Assembly: GCA_033764955.1 (NCBI GenBank)
Contig: JANRIL010000031.1
Coordinates: forward strand, 1 to 64,000
Direction: 5' to 3'
DNA from: Cyanobacteriota bacterium
Lineage (GTDB): Bacteria > Cyanobacteriota > Cyanobacteriia > Thermostichales > Thermostichaceae
DNA length: 64,000 bases
The notes below the pieces were generated by a model. It was given only the letters and a program-made list of their open reading frames with translations, was not told the origin of the DNA and did not search any database. The translations under genes and the position numbers were made by a program. This document shows positions 59,452-64,000 of this stretch, in pieces; position 1 is the first letter of the stretch, and each line of letters opens with the position of its first letter.

Positions 59452-60000
59452 ATGTCCCGCATCGGCAAGCGCCCTATCCCCATTCCCGCCAAGGTGGAAG
59501 TCCGTATCGACGGTCAACATGTGGCTGTCAAAGGCCCTAAGGGTCAACTGGCTCGCAGCCTACCCACCCAAGTCCTGATCAGCCAAGAATCCCAAACAGT
59601 AGTGGTAACCAGAGCCAACGAATCTCGTCCGGCTCGCCAGATGCACGGGCTTTGCCGCACCTTGATTGCCAATATGGTGGATGGGGTATCGGTGGGCTTC
59701 CAAAAGAAGCTGGAGTTACAGGGGGTCGGCTATCGAGCTTCTATTCAAGGCAGCAAGCTAGTGCTGAACGTGGGCTACAGCAATCCGGTAGAAATTCCTT
59801 TTCCCGAAGGGATCCAAATCGCGGTGGAGGACAAAACCAATATCATCACGGTTTCCGGCATCGACAAAGAGCTGGTGGGTAATACGGCAGCCCGTATCCG
59901 AGCCGTTCGTCCCCCCGAACCCTATAAGGGCAAAGGGATCCGCTACTCCGGTGAGTATGTCCGTCGCAAAGCAGGTAAATCAGGCAAAGCCAAGAAGTAA
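59452..60000 (+). CDS. rplF: 50S ribosomal protein L6
   Basis: [26 protein letters not shown]. Confidence 0.98.
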   Translation: MSRIGKRPIPIPAKVEVRIDGQHVAVKGPKGQLARSLPTQVLISQESQTVVVTRANESRPARQMHGLCRTLIANMVDGVSVGFQKKLELQGVGYRASIQGSKLVLNVGYSNPVEIPFPEGIQIAVEDKTNIITVSGIDKELVGNTAARIRAVRPPEPYKGKGIRYSGEYVRRKAGKSGKAKK

Positions 60001-60003
60001 ACC

Positions 60004-60366
60004 ATGAAAACCAACCGCAAAACCACAACCCAACGTCGTCACCAACGCATCCGTCGCAAGGTAGCCGGAACCGCCGAGCGTCCTCGTCTGGCCATTTTTC
60101 GCTCCCATCAGCACATCTATGCTCAGGTGATTGACGATCTGGCTCAACGCACCCTGGTGTCGGCCTCCACCGTGGATAAGGAAATTCGTGAGCAGCTCAC
60201 CAGCTCCGCCACCTGCGAAGCCGCTACGATTGTGGGGCGGACCGTGGCAGAACGAGCTATGCAAGCGGGAGTGACCCAGGTTGTTTTTGACCGAGGCGGG
60301 AAGCTTTATCACGGGCGAGTGCAAGCACTGGCGGAAGCCGCCCGCGAAGCGGGGCTGGATTTCTAA
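60004..60366 (+). CDS. rplR: 50S ribosomal protein L18
   Basis: RPRL..FRS..HIYAQ, FDRGG..YHGRV. Confidence 0.98.
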   Translation: MKTNRKTTTQRRHQRIRRKVAGTAERPRLAIFRSHQHIYAQVIDDLAQRTLVSASTVDKEIREQLTSSATCEAATIVGRTVAERAMQAGVTQVVFDRGGKLYHGRVQALAEAAREAGLDF

Positions 60367-60445
60367 CGGACGGGGCAACTTTACCCACAACCCAAGCGAG
60401 CAACTACTCTCAACCATTAAACGCACACAGAAAAGGGATCCCAAC

Positions 60446-60988
60446 ATGGCTGAACAGCAGCGTGAGCGGCGCAAAGGCAAGAAAAACCGCGAAGAACGAG
60501 AAACCTCCGAATGGCAAGAGCGTGTGGTACAAATCCGCCGCGTCACCAAGGTTGTTAAGGGGGGCAAAAAACTCAGCTTTCGGGCTGTCGTCGTGGTCGG
60601 CAACGAACGGGGGCAGGTGGGGGTTGGTGTCGGCAAGGCTAATGATGTGATCGGAGCTGTTCGCAAAGGGGTGGCTGATGGCAAAAAGAACTTGATTGAT
60701 GTGCCCCTCACCACAGGACTGTCGGTTCCTCATCCTATGAAGGGATCCGGTGGTGGAGCCACTGTTTTGGTGATGCCGGCTGCCGCCGGAACGGGGGTAA
60801 GTGCGGGTGGGGCAGTTAGGACGGTGCTGGAGTTGGCCGGAGTCAAAAACAGCCTCGCCAAACAACTGGGATCCAGTAATCCCCTCAACAATGCTCGTGC
60901 CACGATCAACGCTCTCAGCCGGATGCGTACCTTTGAGGCGGTGGCGGCGGAACGGGGCATTGAAATCAGCAAGCTGTTTAGCAAATAG
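60446..60988 (+). CDS. rpsE: 30S ribosomal protein S5
   Basis: [26 protein letters not shown]. Confidence 0.98.
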   Translation: MAEQQRERRKGKKNREERETSEWQERVVQIRRVTKVVKGGKKLSFRAVVVVGNERGQVGVGVGKANDVIGAVRKGVADGKKNLIDVPLTTGLSVPHPMKGSGGGATVLVMPAAAGTGVSAGGAVRTVLELAGVKNSLAKQLGSSNPLNNARATINALSRMRTFEAVAAERGIEISKLFSK

Positions 60989-61008
60989 CGCTTTCGAGGA
61001 CATGCACG

Positions 61009-61500
61009 ATGCGTATTAGTGATATTCGCCCACAAGCTGGATCGATCCAGCGTGGCCGTCGCCTGGGACGGGGGGTGTCCGCAGGACAAGGAGCCTCCTG
61101 CGGAAAAGGAATGCGCGGCCAAAAAGCCCGCAAAGGGGGCAGCACCCGTCCCGGTTTTGAGGGTGGACAAACCCCTCTTTATCGGCGGGTTCCCAAGTTA
61201 AAGCATTTTTATCAGGTCAATCGGATCACCTATACCGAGATCAACCTACTATCCCTCAACAGTCTGCCTGCTAATGCCGTGGTCACCTTAGAAAGCTTAC
61301 TGGAGAGCGGTATTGCCACTAGCAACGATGGCCCTCTTAAGGTTTTGGGGCGAGGGGAGTTGACCGTCAAGCTCACGGTCAAAGCCAGAGCTTTCACTGC
61401 TTCGGCTAAGGCTAAAATTGAGTCCGCCGGGGGCACAGTCGAGGTGTTAGAAGCACCTAAACGGCAACCCCGCTCCCAAAAAGTAGCAACGGCTTCCTGA
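61009..61500 (+). CDS. rplO: 50S ribosomal protein L15
   Basis: [19 protein letters not shown]. Confidence 0.98.
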   Translation: MRISDIRPQAGSIQRGRRLGRGVSAGQGASCGKGMRGQKARKGGSTRPGFEGGQTPLYRRVPKLKHFYQVNRITYTEINLLSLNSLPANAVVTLESLLESGIATSNDGPLKVLGRGELTVKLTVKARAFTASAKAKIESAGGTVEVLEAPKRQPRSQKVATAS

Positions 61501-61662
61501 AGGGAGGGATCCCCATCCCACTAAATGGTTGGGCGGACTGAGAGAGAATTTCTCAGGAATTTACCCTAAGATGGTTAAGGTATGGGTAACCCAGTCCCCC
61601 GCCGCTTTTTTCCTGGCATTTTGTCATCCCATCCTCACAAGCTCGTCTAAGGATCCCCATCT

Positions 61663-62961
61663 ATGGTTGTCACGCGAGGCTCCACCCCTTCCGCTCAAGA
61701 GACCTTCATGCAAATGGCACAGGCTGCGGGTCTGCGGGGGAGAATCTTTCTGACCCTTGGCTTGTTGTTATTGGTGCGTCTCGGCATCTATATTCCGATT
61801 CCCAACATTGACCGTGTTGCCTTTGCCGCCAATCTGCAAAACAGTCCGGTTTTGGGTCTGCTTGACATTTTCTCGGGGGGAGGTATTTCGGCGGTTGGGG
61901 TATTTGCCCTTGGTATTCTGCCTTACATCAACGCCTCCATCATTTTGCAGTTGCTCACCTCGGCTCTCCCTTCTCTAGAAAACCTCCAAAAAAATGAAGG
62001 GGAACAGGGACGGCGGCAAATTTCCCAATATACCCGTTACGCCACCCTGGTTTGGGCAATTATTCAGGGGGTGGGCATCGCCATCTGGGTGCAAGAATAT
62101 GCCATCACCACCAACACAGTTGGCTTCATTATTTCTACAACCCTGGCCTTGACGGCGGGATCCATGTTCATCATGTGGCTGGGGGAACTGATCACCGAAC
62201 GTGGCGTGGGGAATGGTCCCTCCCTGCTGATCTTCATCAATATTGTTGCCACCCTGCCCCGTGCCCTCTCTCAGACCATTTCGCAGGTGCAAGCCAACAG
62301 CGCCTACTTGGGGGGAACGATTTTACTAGCGGTGGTCTTTCTGGCGATGATTGTGGGCATTGTTTTTGTGCAGGAGGGAAGCCGTCAGATTCCGATTGTT
62401 TCCGCCAAGCGGCAAGTGGGGGGTCGTCTCTACCGCGAGCAAAAAAGCTATCTGCCGCTGCGTCTGAACCAGGGGGGGGTGATGCCGATTATTTTTGCCT
62501 CCTCGGTTTTGTTCTTGCCTGCTTCCATTGCTCAATTTGCCCAAAATGATACGTTGATCCAGATTGCTAACTTGTTGTCTCCTAGCTCCTGGTTTTACGT
62601 CCTCGCCTACTTTGTTCTAATCCTCTTCTTCAGCTACTTCTACGCCTCTCTGTTGATCAATCCCGCCGATTTAGCTCAAAATCTGAAGAAAATGGGATCC
62701 AGTATTCCCGGTATCCGTCCTGGTAAAGCGACTTCCGAATATATCGAGCGAGTCCTGAATCGTCTTACCTTTTTGGGAGCTATTTTTCTGGGCTGTGTAG
62801 CGATTATTCCAACGGCTGTAGAGCGTGCTACCGGCATCACCACCTTTCAGGGGTTGGGGGCAACTTCCCTACTGATCTTGGTGGGGGTAGCGATCGATAC
62901 CTCCAAGCAGATTCAGACCTATGTGGTTTCGCAGCGTTATGAAGGAATGGTGAAGCAATAG
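61663..62961 (+). CDS. secY: Preprotein translocase SecY
   Basis: [48 protein letters not shown]. Confidence 0.98.
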   Translation: MVVTRGSTPSAQETFMQMAQAAGLRGRIFLTLGLLLLVRLGIYIPIPNIDRVAFAANLQNSPVLGLLDIFSGGGISAVGVFALGILPYINASIILQLLTSALPSLENLQKNEGEQGRRQISQYTRYATLVWAIIQGVGIAIWVQEYAITTNTVGFIISTTLALTAGSMFIMWLGELITERGVGNGPSLLIFINIVATLPRALSQTISQVQANSAYLGGTILLAVVFLAMIVGIVFVQEGSRQIPIVSAKRQVGGRLYREQKSYLPLRLNQGGVMPIIFASSVLFLPASIAQFAQNDTLIQIANLLSPSSWFYVLAYFVLILFFSYFYASLLINPADLAQNLKKMGSSIPGIRPGKATSEYIERVLNRLTFLGAIFLGCVAIIPTAVERATGITTFQGLGATSLLILVGVAIDTSKQIQTYVVSQRYEGMVKQ

Positions 62962-63551
62962 TGCCACGTTTGATCTTTTTAGGCCCTCCGGGAGCGGGAA
63001 AGGGAACCCAGGCGGACAAATTGGCCGCCCTGCTGGGGATACCCAAGATATCGACAGGAGAATTGTTGCGAGCGGCGGTGCAAGCCGGATCCCCTCTAGG
63101 GCTAGAGGCCAAAACCTATATGGATCGCGGGGATCTCGTCCCCGATGCCGTGCTGATTAGCATGGTTAAAGAGCAACTGCTATCCTCTCCACAAGGCTGG
63201 ATTTTGGATGGATTTCCCCGCACCCTGCCCCAAGCACAAGCCCTCGATGAAATGCTGCGGATCTTAAACCAGCCTTATGAGCATGTGATCAACTTGGATG
63301 TGCCAGATCAGCCGATTATCGAGCGAATGCTGAAGCGGGGTAGAGCCGACGACACTGAGTCGGTTATTCAAAATCGCCTCCAGGTTTATCGAGATCTCAC
63401 CCAGCCCGTCATTGAGTTTTATCGCGCCAAAAACTGTCTGGAACGGGTAGATGGCAATCACGAACCGGAAGTAGTCCATGAGTATCTCAGGCAGGTGATC
63501 ACAAAATCCAGCCCAGTCTCATCCTCTGACTATCAAACAGCGGGACACTGA
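62961..63551 (+). CDS. adk: Adenylate kinase (short, LID-less type)
   Basis: [27 protein letters not shown]. Confidence 0.97.
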   Translation: MPRLIFLGPPGAGKGTQADKLAALLGIPKISTGELLRAAVQAGSPLGLEAKTYMDRGDLVPDAVLISMVKEQLLSSPQGWILDGFPRTLPQAQALDEMLRILNQPYEHVINLDVPDQPIIERMLKRGRADDTESVIQNRLQVYRDLTQPVIEFYRAKNCLERVDGNHEPEVVHEYLRQVITKSSPVSSSDYQTAGH

Positions 63552-63552
63552 T

Positions 63553-64000
63553 ATGGGCTTGCAGATGATCGAGATCAAATCTCGGCGGGAGATTGAGAAA
63601 ATGCGCCAAGCGGGGCGGATCGTGGCGCAAGTGTTGCAGGAAATTTCACAGCGGGTGGCCGCCGGTTGGACAACTGCCGACATTGACACCTATGCCGAAA
63701 AGCGAGTAGCTCAGTTGAATGCCCTGCCCAGCTTTAAGGGCTATAGTGGGTTTCCGGCCTGCGTATGTGTGAGTGTCAACCATGAAGTGGTTCATGGGAT
63801 CCCTAGCTCCAAAAAAGTGATCCAGCCTGGGGATGTGGTCAAAATTGATTTTGGCGCGATTTATCAGGGCTGGCATGCCGACTCCTGTTTGACCGTTGGT
63901 ATCGAACCCCTCACCGCCCAAAGTCGGGATCTCATCGAGGCGGCGGAGCAAGCCCTCATGAAGGGCATTCGCCAGGTGAAGCATGGGGTGTATCTGCAAG
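63553..64000 (+). CDS. map: Type I methionine aminopeptidase (partial, runs off right edge; absent from ORF track)
   Basis: Manual translation MGLQMIEIKSRREIEKMRQAG...FKGYSGFPACVCVSVNHEVVHGIP...GDVVKIDFG..YQGWHADS. Confidence 0.93.
   Translation, partial: MGLQMIEIKSRREIEKMRQAGRIVAQVLQEISQRVAAGWTTADIDTYAEKRVAQLNALPSFKGYSGFPACVCVSVNHEVVHGIPSSKKVIQPGDVVKIDFGAIYQGWHADSCLTVGIEPLTAQSRDLIEAAEQALMKGIRQVKHGVYLQ

Noticed and set aside
59980..61170. Long antisense ORFs over rplR/rpsE/rplO
   Set aside because: Shadows of highly conserved genes.
52187..61500. Missing rpsJ, rpsN and rpmD in the r-protein cluster
   Set aside because: Normal for cyanobacteria.

Overview
Cyanobacterial chromosomal window: it carries ycf4 and a phycobiliprotein-like globin, and its r-protein cluster starts at rplC and lacks rpsJ, rpsN and rpmD. 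The dense GGGATCCC palindrome suggests a Thermostichus/hot-spring Synechococcus-like lineage (inference). Most of the window is housekeeping: tRNA-Val, sodB, asd, cysteine synthase, tRNA-Leu, rpsB-tsf, xseAB, murD-ftsW, metH, ycf4, ppa and the rplC..secY-adk-map operon. There are two accessory blocks. (1) A more AT-rich alkanesulfonate (ssu) cluster at 15.2-23.6 kb carries an extra cupin, a stand-alone NIL protein and two SsuA paralogues. (2) A decaying mosaic island at about 44.7-51.0 kb lies between ycf4 and ppa. It holds an integrase-less integron cassette array: a complete attC, an HNH-like cargo gene bounded by a perfect 11-bp core inverted repeat, and a collapsed second cassette with a half attC. 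It also holds a glutaredoxin/MauE-type gene cut off at a GGGATCCC site, two divergent MerR promoters, a Na+/H+ antiporter that appears inserted at a duplicated TTAA inside a now-dead merR gene, and a copM module with two CopR-like boxes. All calls come from reading the sequence; no database searches were run.
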